A stretch of DNA of 63,277 nt, counting the filler, from Reticulomyxa filosa (Eukaryota > Protista > Foraminifera), in assembly GCA_000512085.1 (NCBI GenBank). It is 17 parts of 17 records of this genome, joined end to end, with 100 filler letters (N's around TTAATTAATTAA, not from the genome) between each part and the next. Parts side by side here need not be neighbours in the genome. Positions count along the whole stretch, not along the records: positions 8,127 to 16,478 come from ASPP01005252.1; positions 16,579 to 20,186 come from ASPP01001436.1; positions 20,287 to 22,703 come from ASPP01029115.1; positions 22,804 to 24,340 come from ASPP01007418.1; 13 more parts are not named here. The stretch is one strand, 5' to 3'. The notes under the pieces were generated by a model. The model was not told where the DNA came from, did not search any database, and was given only the letters and a program-made list of their open reading frames with translations. Position numbers and translations under genes: made by a program. Positions 12,903-24,440 of the stretch are shown piece after piece (the first letter of the stretch is position 1; each line of letters begins with the position of its first letter).

Positions 12903-13525
12903 TGTTATATAAATTTACTTTCAATTATCGACGTAGTTAAAATCTTTGCCACTCCCGCTTTTAAAAACAGTTGGCGAGATTTCTTTGATATTTCCACAAA
13001 GGTACTTGTTGTTGCAATCAAAATAACACGTTTTATTAAAGATTAATTTTGTACGACAAATTGTTTTGTTCAAGTTTGTTTTTTAATTAGAATTCTCGAA
13101 TAGACGAGACGCATGTAAAATATAATAATCCTATTACAAATAAACAACTTAAAATAATAATTTTAGAAAAAAAAGATCCAGCGAAAAACAAAACAGAGTA
13201 ACAAAAAGTTCAACTGTCTAGCGTTGTCCTTTTTCATGTTATTTGCTGCATTTTATTTACGTTCTACTTTTCGAAAAAATAATTATTCTTTTGTGTAACT
13301 TAAGATTATTACTGACTAAAGTAGAAAGAATTTAAATGGATGCTATCTGAAAAGTACAATATTTTGTTTGACTGTGACAACTACGCTTAAACAATTGCAA
13401 ACTAAATGTTTCGTGAAAGAATAGAGATGTTTGGAGTGTATATGTCACCAGGGGAAATTATTCAATTTTATCACTTAAAAAGAATCGAAACACATAAAAA
13501 AATTGCCTTATTGTTGAAAAAGATA

Positions 13526-14913
13526 CTATCCCCAAACACGAATTTGGCACTTGCTTGAACCATAACACAGATTAATGTCACAACCACGATCATTAATACT
13601 CTTGCAGCTCTTTTTTAATTGTAAAAATTTAAGACATATAATTCCACTGTCTCCTTCTTCTCCTTTGATCATATACAATTCATTCTTATTTGATCGAATG
13701 TCCCAAAAACGAATTGTATTATCACTTGATCCAGAACATATTACATTTGAACTACCACCAACTTCAATATTGTTTACCATAAATGGTGAATATTCAACGA
13801 CATTTACATACCCTGCATGTCCATTGAATATTTGAGTTTGTTGACCAGATCGGATATCCCACAAGCGAGCACTTTTATCATTTGATCCAGATAATATTGT
13901 ATTTGCACCACCACTGATCACTAACTCATTTGATCCATATTTTACACTTCTAATCCAATCGTCATGACCTCTGAATATAATCAATTGCTTGGTTGTTTCA
14001 ATATCCCATATACGAATAGTATTATCCCATGACCCAGAGCAAATGGTATATCCATTACCACCAATCACACCGATACTATTACTGTTATTATTATTATTGC
14101 TTTGCAATGGTGAAATATCCATACACCAAACACCATCTTCATGCCCTTTGAAAACATACAATGATTTGGATGCCTCAACATCCCATAAACGGATAGTATA
14201 ATCAATTGATCCAGAACACAAATATCTACCACCATTAAATGGTGAAAATTCAATACCGTAAACACCATTTGTATGTCCTCTAAATACTTTTAATTGTTGA
14301 TTATCTTTATTATCCCAAAAACGAATAGTTTTGTCCCATGAAGAAGAACAAATGACATTGTGACGATTATTATGATAATGATAAGGTGAAAATCTCACAC
14401 AATATACATGATCTAAATGTCCATTGAACAATTGAATTTGCTTGCCGGTCTCAACATCCCATACACGAACTGTCTTATCATGTGATCCAGAACAAAGTAA
14501 ATAACTATTATCAAATGTTGAATAGTCAATACTCCACACAGAACTAGTATGCCCATCGAACGTATTAAGTAATTTAGATGAGGAACGAAACATATCAAGC
14601 ATGAAGACAGTTGCTGCCTATGTTAAATGATTATGAACAGCAAAAAAATATTTATCATAAAAACAAAAACAAAAACTAACATATTTGACAACAAGTTTGT
14701 CAAAATCATTGATCCATCCTAATTTGATCTCTAATATTCTAATCCAATATTGAATAATGATTTGGATCTCTTCTTCTTCTGACTAACTCAATTGTATATC
14801 ATATAAAGTAAATATAACGAACACGTGAAACAAACAGTTTTTTCAAACATTAAAATGAAACTTACAAATGCTTGTTGTATTGAAATTTGTTTTTCATCAG
14901 TAAATGTAGTCAT
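13526..14913 (-). CDS. WD40 beta-propeller protein of an amplified family with an N-terminal WIR-GWI-DFDK module; exons 14913-14866, 14782-14681, 14617-13526
   Basis: About 7 GH...WD repeats. The two upstream exons join through canonical phase-0 GT-AG introns, giving MTTFTDEKQISIQQAF|SEEEEIQIIIQYWIRILEIKLGWINDFDKLVVKY|AATVFMLDMFRSSS. Confidence 0.92.
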
Positions 14914-15383
14914 AATTTCAGTACTTTTGAGATTGAGTTAAATGATTTAAGATGAAAAATGTCGAACTTTTTTAAATCAAATCAACTAAGGGATTTTCAA
15001 AAACATTTTGACAATACAAAAAAGAGAGTTAGACAGTGTAAACAGTTCTATAAGTAAACAAAAATTTCAAAATTGCATAGTTCCATATTCTAAAACGTTT
15101 TAACAAAAACTGTTGAATCAAGATTGTTTTTTAATTAATCAATTTTTGCTTGGTTATGTTTAAAAAAATTAAGGATTCAATTTTCTTCATGAAGAAACAA
15201 CATTTAAACATAATGTTTTTTCATTTCATTACCAATGACTCTTGAACAAGGATAGATTATGCAAAAAAAAATAAGCAATCTTTAAATTACAAGTCAAAAA
15301 ATTGACATTATGGTAAAAAAAATCAAAAGGTCAAAAAAATTACGCAACGCTTTGCTTTTGCTTTTCATTCAAATGATAATATT

Positions 15384-15490
15384 AACGTTGAAAACAATAA
15401 ACAAGCTCAATCATTCAACGGACATTTATCTTCCGTAAATTGTGTGAAATTTTCGCCATATCGATATCAAATCATTGTCAAAATGTTATT
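15384..15490 (+). pseudogene. Isolated single-repeat remnant of the same WD40 family
   Basis: NVENNKQAQSFNGHLSSVNCVKFSPYRY matches DVETGKQIQLFNGHLDHVYCVRFSPYHY of the neighbouring gene. No flanking ORF. Confidence 0.7.
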
Positions 15491-16179
15491 ACAGTAGTTT
15501 GCAAAAAAAACAGTACACCCAAAAAAAAAAGATGGTTTTTAGTATTTGACTTGTATATCTTTATTGAAAAGAGCTAAAGTAAAAATAATTTTGTAGATAT
15601 ATAGAACAATCACAGACTATCTTTACTATATGCTGTACTATCTTATCTCTTGCAGTTATTTGAAAGTTGTACATTCAATTTTTTTAGCTGGCTTTTACAG
15701 TATGACTTTTTTTTTATAACAAATTTTTTTATATCAAACTGTAAAGAAAAAACAATCCATTTAACAAACGTTTACACTTGTGTTTAAAAGAAGCTTTTAT
15801 GTTTGATGCAAGTATATACTATCCAGTTCTCTTTGTATGTCATTTACAGTTTCATAATTATCAGTTAACAACCACCTGACCACCCGCCTGCGCATTTTAT
15901 CGCGTAATAAATTGTGAGTGTTTTTTCATCATCACTTTCTTACAACAAAATTTTCTAGAGCTTATAAAAGAATATTCATTTTGAAGCGATTCATATTGTT
16001 ATGGAAACTGTAATTGAGCACTCTTTTATTCAAGATATTTACAATTACCTTATCCAAGCGACACAAAAAGACAAAGGGACTAATCTATTTCGAAGTTTTT
16101 TTATGAAACCGAATAATTGTGGATTCCCCCTTTGCAATAACTGAACATTATACTTTGATAATCCATTTTTTCAAAATAT

Positions 16180-16478
16180 CATGTCCAAGGCAAAAGAAGT
16201 CCAATTGATCTGCTTCGCTTATATCGCATCATCACAAAATCTTGTCACTGTACGGGCGTGGCCTCGGCCGAGTTCATAGTGGCCGCACATTATTTGGGAA
16301 CGGAAGCCAATGACCAACAATTGATGGAGATATTTATGGACATGGAAGCAGACATAGAAGGAAAAGAGCCACGAGAGAAGCTGAAAGAGTTAATGGACAA
16401 AGTGAGTCAAAGATATGGGAAGCAGTCGTCGAGTAACGAGGAACACAAAGGAGACGATGCCGCATTCAAAGATGAAAT
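16180..16478 (+). CDS. Hypothetical protein fragment, weakly EF-hand/calmodulin-like
   Basis: Higher-GC open frame running into the contig end: GVASAEFIVAAHYLG..DQQLMEIFMDMEADIEG. Confidence 0.35.
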
Positions 16479-16578
16479 NNNNNNNNNNNNNNNNNNNNNN
16501 NNNNNNNNNNNNNNNNNNNNNNTTAATTAATTAANNNNNNNNNNNNNNNNNNNNNNNNNNNNNNNNNNNNNNNNNNNN

Positions 16579-16719
16579 GAATTAAACAAATGGAAGATAC
16601 AGATACGATTGGAACAAGACAAAGAAAATCCAGCAGTGTGGTATTTGAATGAAGAAGATGTTCAATTGTTTTTTGAAATTGTACCTCAAGGTGAAGATTG
16701 TTTAAGAGTGAGATATTAA
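16579..16719 (+). CDS. 3' end of a multicopy large-protein gene (…WYLNEEDVQLFFE.VPQGEDCLRV), copy 1
   Basis: ELNKWKIQIRLEQDKENPAVWYLNEEDVQLFFEIVPQGEDCLRVRY* is nearly identical to the end of ORF 19886-20185. Confidence 0.8.
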   Translation, partial: ELNKWKIQIRLEQDKENPAVWYLNEEDVQLFFEIVPQGEDCLRVRY

Positions 16720-17120
16720 ATGAAGATTTAAAAAAAGTAAGAGTTGTCACCGATTTATTTCGTTTAATAAAAACATTAATGCTTTTTTTGGAGTTTTTTT
16801 GAAGAATTGAATGATTCGTTTTCTTTGTGCTAAATCTGCTATTTATGTGACAGTTATCCATATATTGAAGGTAATGACAATAGAAACAATAATTCATATG
16901 GTATGACTTTAAAAAAAATTGGTCATTCAGAAGAAACTTTATGTCCAATTTTTGATGAAAATTGTGTCTTTAAATAATTCACAAATCCTTGTTTTTTGTC
17001 CATATTTTGTATTGTCTTCAATAAATGGCATTCTTTTAATTGTCAATCTTTTTTTGTCGATGAAAAAAAATTTCTGAAGTTTAGTTTATGTAAATGATAT
17101 ATGAATGGAATAAATACAGT

Positions 17121-17465
17121 TTAAATATTTTGTAATGGTCTCCACAGTCGAATTGTTCCATCTTCAGAAGCTGAGACAATTGTGTTAGCAACGTATGCTT
17201 TTTTCATTTGGCGATCCACAAAAGAAAATAAAGTAATTGTATCTGTGCTCTTATTGCTCACAAGTTTTACCACAATGTCCCTGCAATTTAACACTCATTG
17301 GATAATCACAGATTGGCTTATACTGATCTTTGGTCATGTGATATGAATAACATTGTCGATTTGCAAAACCACCACAAATTACGAGTTCGTAATTTCCAAT
17401 CGCCACGCATTCCGCGCGCTGAAATGTTGTTGGCAAACTGGATAATTTTTCAAACGGGGGTGTCA
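17121..17465 (-). pseudogene. Chimeric Kelch-5'/WD40-3' pseudogene
   Basis: PFEKLSSLP..ELVICGG..CYSYH..YKPICDYP..GHC(frameshift)VKLV..ITLFSF (Kelch family) runs into NTIVSASEDGTIRLWR (WD40 repeat end). Confidence 0.7.
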
Positions 17466-17919
17466 AAAAAAATGAACGAATAATTAGCTTGGAAAGTAGA
17501 AAAAAAATTGTGGGAATGCAACATTCTTTGCCAAATTTTTTTTGGTATTCAGCAGAAATGCAAAAAAAGTTTATAAAAGGATTCATTTCTAATCACACGA
17601 ATATTTTTGTTATTTGGAATATATTTCTGCTTGAAATGAGAAAAAAGAAGTTTCAATATATGAAAAAGGAATGAACAAATCCTAAGTATAATTGATAACT
17701 TACTGGAATTTAAATATAAATGTCCAGAAATTTGATTGAAGATTGTATTTACAACGTGCATCGTTTGATAAATATAAAAACAATTTCATCAAATAAATAT
17801 AACGAAATAAGTTTGATGGTTGGTTATAAAAATTACTGTTTATTTAAGTTTGTGTTTTGATTGTTAACCTTTTTTTATATATTTTGAAAATGCTTAATTT
17901 TGCTTCTTCAAAATTTATT

Positions 17920-19208
17920 TCATTTATTGTATTTCATAATAATTTTATCAAAATCATCGATCCATCCAAATTTTATTTGTAAAGTTCGAATCCAATATTG
18001 ATTAATACATTTTATTTCATGTTTTGACTGTTCATTATTTATTATTAATACAAATGCAATTAATTTGTGTTTCATCAAAATAAATAAATCATTACCAACT
18101 GTGAAACATCCCATACACACAATCTAGTTTTCATGTGAGTTGATACTGTTGCTTCTTCATCATTTCTTCCTCCAACGATGTGTATATGATTGTCCTCTTC
18201 ACTCAATATTGCAATACAATATTTTAATCGACTAGGTAAAGCATTTTGAAATGTTATCCACTTGTTTTCTCGAATTGAATATTTGTACACTAATTTTGAA
18301 ACAACAACTTCAGCAAATGTATTACCCCATCCACCAAAGAACAAGATGACATTATTAATATGCACATATGCATATGAATAAAATGATGCAATATCATCAC
18401 AAACAGGTAGTTGATGAAATTGGAAAATATTGTTATTTTCATCATATTCAATTGATAATCCTGTCTTCTCTTTAAACAACAGTATTTGAAAATTTTGTTC
18501 ATTTTTTGGATTTGTTTTCATCATTTCTTGTCCTTGTTCATTTTCTGAATTTGATACAAAGCAATGATATTGAATATAATTACTGGTTGGTAAAGTATCA
18601 TGTTTAATAAATTGAAATGTATTTAAATCAAAAACACTAATATTTTTTGGATAATAAGTGATAAATAACAAATGATTGTTGATTCCATCAATCACTGCAC
18701 GCACTCCTCGATAATCATCATTATATCTTCCAATGATAATTGGGTGATTGTGATTGTTTGTGAAAGGAACCCATTGATTGTAATAGTTGAATTTATTTGC
18801 TTTATTTGATATATTATCCCAAACACTTACATATTTCATTACCAATGTATGTTTGTTTTCTCCATCCCAAGAAGATCCAAAAGATAACAAAGTAATTTGT
18901 TTGGTGTCTTTGTTGTTATGATTGCTATTACCTACCAGTTTTACTACACAGTGTCCCCATAATATAACATGACTTGGATATTCACAGATAAACTTGTATT
19001 CATTTTTGAGTATATGATAAGAATAACAAGCTCTTTGTTGATAACCTCCACAAATGATGAGTTCGTGTTTGTATAGCACACATTGAGAGTCAGAAAGTGG
19101 AGTGGGCAAAATCTTTAAACTTTTAAAGAGGGTAACAAGATGTTGATTTTGTTTAGTTTGTTCAGTTTTTCTTTCAGGAGAGTCTTGTGTTGTAGTTTGG
19201 TTATCCAT
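17920..19208 (-). CDS. Kelch-like beta-propeller protein with a C-terminal WIR-GWI-DFDK module; exons 19208-18096 and 18027-17920
   Basis: Kelch-type GG motifs (ELIICGG, ILFFGGW, IHIVGG; YKYSIRENKW). A phase-0 GT-AG intron is followed by SKHEIKCINQYWIRTLQIKFGWIDDFDKIIMKYNK*. Confidence 0.88.
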
Positions 19209-19885
19209 GTTGTTAATGTTGCTGAAAATTTTTTTTAAAGAGGGGGGATTTTTCATGTTTGGAAAAAGAATAACAAGTGGTTTTTAATCCTAATGGCAAA
19301 CGTAATGATAATTGATTGTCTTATGTTAAAAAAAATGAAATATGTATTATTTCAGAAATTGGTTCAAATAATGCATAAAAATATTTGTAATGAGATAATT
19401 TGAAACAAATAAAATCTTTGTTTTTTTTCAAGAAGCATTGCATACTCATCACCTTTTGGAGGAATATGCAGAAACCATTTAAAAACGTTTAGAATAGATC
19501 AATATCTTGGAAAATAAATATTACAAATACCACACTTATTACCAATATTTGCTTTGAGAAATAATGTTTGTTGTGTTGTATTTCGTAGAATGAATAAACA
19601 AGATGTAGAATTCCTTTTTTAAGCACCATTCCTGCTATTAATTTTAAAATATTTTTTTAAAATGATAATAATCTCATTTTAAAGAAAAATGCCAATATTT
19701 AAGTTGGATAAAATAAATGAAATTCCCTTTTTTAAAATCGAATATTATCAAATAGTTTGTCAAATAAACAAAAACAAATAACCAAAAATTTTGAAATGAA
19801 ATAATTCCAAACATAGCATTGGTTCACTCAATAAAAAAAAAACACAATAAATTCCTTTTTTAATATTCCCACATTCAATGCATTT

Positions 19886-20186
19886 TCACTTCACCCTCAA
19901 ACAATCTTCACCTTGAGGTACTGTTTCAAAAAACAATTGAACGTCTTCTTCATTCAAATACCACACTGCTGGATTTTCTTTGTCTTGCTCCAATCTTATT
20001 TTAATCTTCCATTTGTTTAATTCATCTTCAATACTCTTCTTTTTTGGAGATTCATAATCTTCCTTCCATCCACTTAATCTTTTCTTATCTGAAAATTGAG
20101 ATTTTCCACACAATATTTTTATTGGACCATTTTTGAACCTTGTCTTCAATTCTTGTCTTTGAAATGTCATCAAATAACGCAACATA
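19886..20186 (-). CDS. 3' end of the same multicopy large-protein gene, copy 2
   Basis: Open to the contig end and paralogous to 16579-16719. Confidence 0.8.
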
Positions 20187-20286
20187 NNNNNNNNNNNNNN
20201 NNNNNNNNNNNNNNNNNNNNNNNNNNNNNNTTAATTAATTAANNNNNNNNNNNNNNNNNNNNNNNNNNNNNNNNNNNNNNNNNNNN

Positions 20287-20341
20287 ACAATCACAATCAC
20301 AATCACAATCACAATCTCAATATCAATATCAATCTCAATCA
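20287..20341 (+). repeat. (CAATCA)n-type microsatellite encoding a Gln-Ser repeat at the contig start
   Basis: acaatcacaatcacaatc… visible directly. Confidence 0.85.
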
Positions 20342-22030
20342 CAGAAACTTATGGTATCACCACAATCGACATCGACAACAACAAGTACTTCTTCGACGAA
20401 AGCGACAGAGACGAAAAAAGAAAAAAATCCATTTATATTGACGACGACTGATAATAACACGAATGCGACAGCAAAACAGGAGGGGACAGACACGTCTAGC
20501 AAACGAACGACATCTTCGTCGCCACTGATAGCAACGGATGAGGACTTGAAGAGGGACCCTGCCAACCCGTTCAACATGAACCAGATCTTTGGGGACTTTT
20601 CTCGAGCTGCACAAATGCTGTTGAACAAGTCCGGCCAAGGTAACATGGAAGACTTGAAGAAGACTATTCCTCCATTTGATTGGAGTCTGATCAATCCCTC
20701 TGTCTTTGGCGGCAAGTTCGAGGACATTTCCACTGAAGATCGTTCCTATTTCAGTGGTCAAAAGCGAAAGGAATGGGATGCAGAGCAAACCAATTTAACT
20801 ACATCTGCATCTGCATCTACATCTACATCCATGTCTTCTGATGCAAGTGCAACATCATCTCTTCGTCCAGGCTCGACCGCACCAAAACTAAGCAAACGAG
20901 AACGCGAAGAAATGAACGCGAAAATGGGAACGAGTGCGGAAAATGCAATGAGCTATATCAAACCCACCAACGATGGCACCACGACATCGGGCCCCCATTG
21001 ACTTTTCCGATCTCAAGAATTTCATTGGATTGGACATTGAAGAGATGATCCAGGATGAACAAGTTTGGCAAGGACGGACCAAAGAAGGCACTCTTGTATC
21101 CTGGCACGACAGCTTGCACTCCATCGATTCTGGTCCTGCTTTGTTCATTGCACATGAATTCTTTGACGCTTTGCCCATCTCCCATTTCCAGTATCGTCCT
21201 CTTGGCTGGATCGAAACACTTATCGGCGTCGATGAAGGTGAAGACTCGCCTTTCCATTTCCTCCTCACCAATGCCGAAAACACCACCTTTGCAGGAATGG
21301 CCTTAGATAAGCAATTTGCAATGGCAGGAATTCGACCTGAAGTGGGTCAACAACTTACTTTGTTACGTTAATATATATACATGTATTTATTATTTTTACT
21401 TTACTTTTGAACTTTTATTGATAATCTCAAAAAGATGTCCAGTTGGAAATGAAATTGCATCGGATATGGCCAAGTGGGTGGCCCAGCATGGAGGTGCAGG
21501 ATTCATTATTGATTATGGATCTGAAAATCCTCCTGCATGGACAGTACAAGGTGCAAAGGCACACAAACCCACCAATGTCTTGTCGCAACCCGGTGATGTG
21601 GATATTTCTGCTCATGTCAATTTTGGCCATTTGAGAAGTGCTATGAAAGCTGTTCCCGGAAGTTTTTTATTTTATTTGAGAATGTTTCAATTCGTTTTGT
21701 TTATATACATATGTGTACATAAATATGAAAATAGTCAATGTTTTTGGTCCAGTCACACAAAGCTACTTCTTGCAAGGTTGTGGAATAGTCCATCGTTTTA
21801 AGCATTATCTAGATAACAATATCAAAGACGAAGCAGAAAAAGAAAAATTTATCAAAACTTTTTGTCGAATTATGAATATTGATCAATTGGGATCCCACTT
21901 TCAGGTTTTAGGATTTGCTCATAAAAGCATTGGCACACCTGTTGGCTTCCGAGAACCACTCTCCGTTAAGGACTCTAAAATAGATGAAAAAGGAATACCA
22001 TTATGGGCTAATCAAAAGATTACTTCATAA
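20287..22030 (+). CDS. NDUFAF7: Mitochondrial complex I assembly arginine methyltransferase NDUFAF7/MidA (5' partial; 2 introns; apparent frameshift near 20990)
   Basis: GRTKEGTLVSWHDSL..FIAHEFFDALP..FQ..GWIE; GGAGFIIDYG; PGDVDISAHVNF; GPVTQSYFL; LGSHFQVL. Confidence 0.88.
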
Positions 22031-22498
22031 ACAACAATTCATTCCCTTATCCTTTCCATTTCTTATTCGTTCACTCTTCTTTTCACGAAACATGCAAAAC
22101 AAATTTTTCACTCTTGAATTAATCAATACTATTTTGAATTGTGTATTTTTTTTTTTTTTTGCTTAAAACAAAAAAAAGTATACTTTTGATGTCTAAACAA
22201 CTCCAAAAGATAAGTGTAAAAAAAAAAAAAGGAACTTTGCTGTTGTCACGAAAGCATTTTGCAATAAACCCAAAAAAAAAAAAAAACAAGTCTAATTGTA
22301 ACTCACAAAAGTCATTAGATAATGATAAGTTTTCATCATCAAACAATAAGATTCCATTTACACTTTTGATCTATCCAATTTTTTGAAAGAGATATTATCT
22401 CGTTCTCAAAACCAGCTTTTTTTTTTAACACGTTCAAACTTGCTCTATTCTGAGGATACTCCCACTCATCAAAAAAAGATCTCATCCGCAGGTAATAG

Positions 22499-22703
22499 AT
22501 GAATGAACAAAATTTTAAACTTGCAGAACAATTGATAGGGAAAACGTATGCATCCCAAGGCTATGCAAGTCGAAGGTCAAGAGAAAATCTTGTGAAGTCG
22601 CTGTTGTCAAACGTAAGAAAAAAACCAAAACAATAACAATAATAATTATTATTATTATCATTAAATAGAGGAGAATACCAAAAGAAGGATGGGATGATGA
22701 AAG
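22499..22703 (+). CDS. SEPSECS: O-phosphoseryl-tRNA(Sec) selenium transferase, 5' end; exons 22499-22612 and 22669-contig end
   Basis: MNEQNFKLAEQLIGKTYASQGYASRRSRENLVKSLLSN|RRIPKEGWDDE matches the eukaryotic SepSecS N-terminus (Y..QG..ARR..E.L...LL.....P..GWD). Intron is GTAAG..TAG, phase 0. Confidence 0.85.
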
Positions 22704-22803
22704 NNNNNNNNNNNNNNNNNNNNNNNNNNNNNNNNNNNNNNNNNNNNTTAATTAATTAANNNNNNNNNNNNNNNNNNNNNNNNNNNNNNNNNNNNNNNNN
22801 NNN

Positions 22804-22815
22804 CAAAAACAAAAA

Positions 22816-22847
<32 letters not shown>

Positions 22848-24310
22848 GTTCGGAGGTACTTCTTTTTTTAAAAAAAAAAAAAAAAGTAGTGAGAGAATAA
22901 ATTATTTTTTTTAAATTTAAAAAAAAAGAATGTTTCGAAACTGACTCCAAAATATTGGCATTTGGAGTTTGAGTGATTTGATCCCTGTTTTGATTGGAAA
23001 CGAGAGCAATAAGCTCGGAGGGCTGGCTTTGCAAATGGCGTGTGGAGTGATGCAATGGAAGGAGTTCGATTGTGCCTGCAGCGCTCTCGGTGGATCTGGC
23101 TCTGGACGAAAGCGGTGCCATTTCGGGAAACTCATCGGGCTCCATGTCTTTCGCGGGACTGCGTGTGGTCTTGGAAGCCTCTTGAGGGAGGGAACGGAGG
23201 GTACTTTGATAATCCAAAGACTGCTCCGAATATAGAATCTTGAGAATGGAGAAGGTGACAACAATAAAGCTCGCCAGCAGCGAGGCCAAAATACTGGAGC
23301 TAAACAATGTACGTGTTTTGAGAACGACATAGTATTGCAGAACAAATGCTGGATATGATTGATAGATGACTTCCTATTTAAATTGTAATGACAATAACAA
23401 TAATCATAGTTATGTTATTCAATATTAAAAAAAAAAAAGATATACGTATACGTATACATATACACATATATGTATATTATAACCCAAAGTTTGAGTAAAT
23501 GAAATTCCTTGTCCAATTCTTGCTCTTCTTCTGTCCAATGTTTGAAGGATTTGATAGCATAAAAAGCTCTGCCGACGCCCAAAAAAGTGAGGATTTGGTG
23601 GTAACAACGATTTGTTTGAGTGAAGACAAAGTGACTTTGAGTCTTTCCTGTCTCTGTATTGAACATCGACTTTTTGGCCCATCCCTTCACTCCGCGGATA
23701 TATAGTGCACTCAACGCGTGCGAGGCCACGGTGAACGTCAATTGCATTAGCGCCCACCAGTACTCTCCAGCTTCAAACCAAACTGCTATCAAGTTGATAT
23801 CTTGTATTGTCATTTGTTGTTGTGCCAAAGGTTATATGTATGCCCAAGAAATTTCCAGAAATTTCCAATACACACACACACACACACACACAAAACAAAA
23901 TGACACACCAGTGGTCAGATCCAGAATATTCAGAAGCATCATGCAAATGGTAAAGCCAAATCGACGCAAATGAGGCTTTCCAGATAATAAGAACATGGAC
24001 ATGAAAGGGACAACAATCAAGTACATTTCGCTCCAAAAGATGCCAACGAAGGAGACGGAGCTAAAACGAAAGACGGACACAAAAAACGCGACAAAGATGG
24101 CATATGCAATCACAATGGCACCAAACCAACTTCGAATCACGATGAAAGTCCAATAGAATACAAATGGCACAAGTATCACGGTGATCCATATTGCAAATTG
24201 TAAATGCAATGCGCCATAGCAATAAAGGAGCCCTCCCAAGATTGCCAACGAAAGCAGGCCAAGCCAAAAGGCTCTTATATCACGTCCCAAGCAGCAATCG
24301 CACCAATTGG
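22804..24310 (-). CDS. XK-related (XKR) multi-pass membrane protein, partial, multi-exon
   Basis: LDLTT|DINLIAVWFEAGEYWWALMQLTF..SH; LLKLW|EVIYQSYPAFVLQYYV..SILASLLAS follows the XK pattern D...D, W..L.L.F, E...ES.PQ..LQ. Confidence 0.7.
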
Positions 24311-24440
24311 CTAATAATGATAATAATAATAATAATAATANNNNNNNNNNNNNNNNNNNNNNNNNNNNNNNNNNNNNNNNNNNNTTAATTAATTAANNNN
24401 NNNNNNNNNNNNNNNNNNNNNNNNNNNNNNNNNNNNNNNN

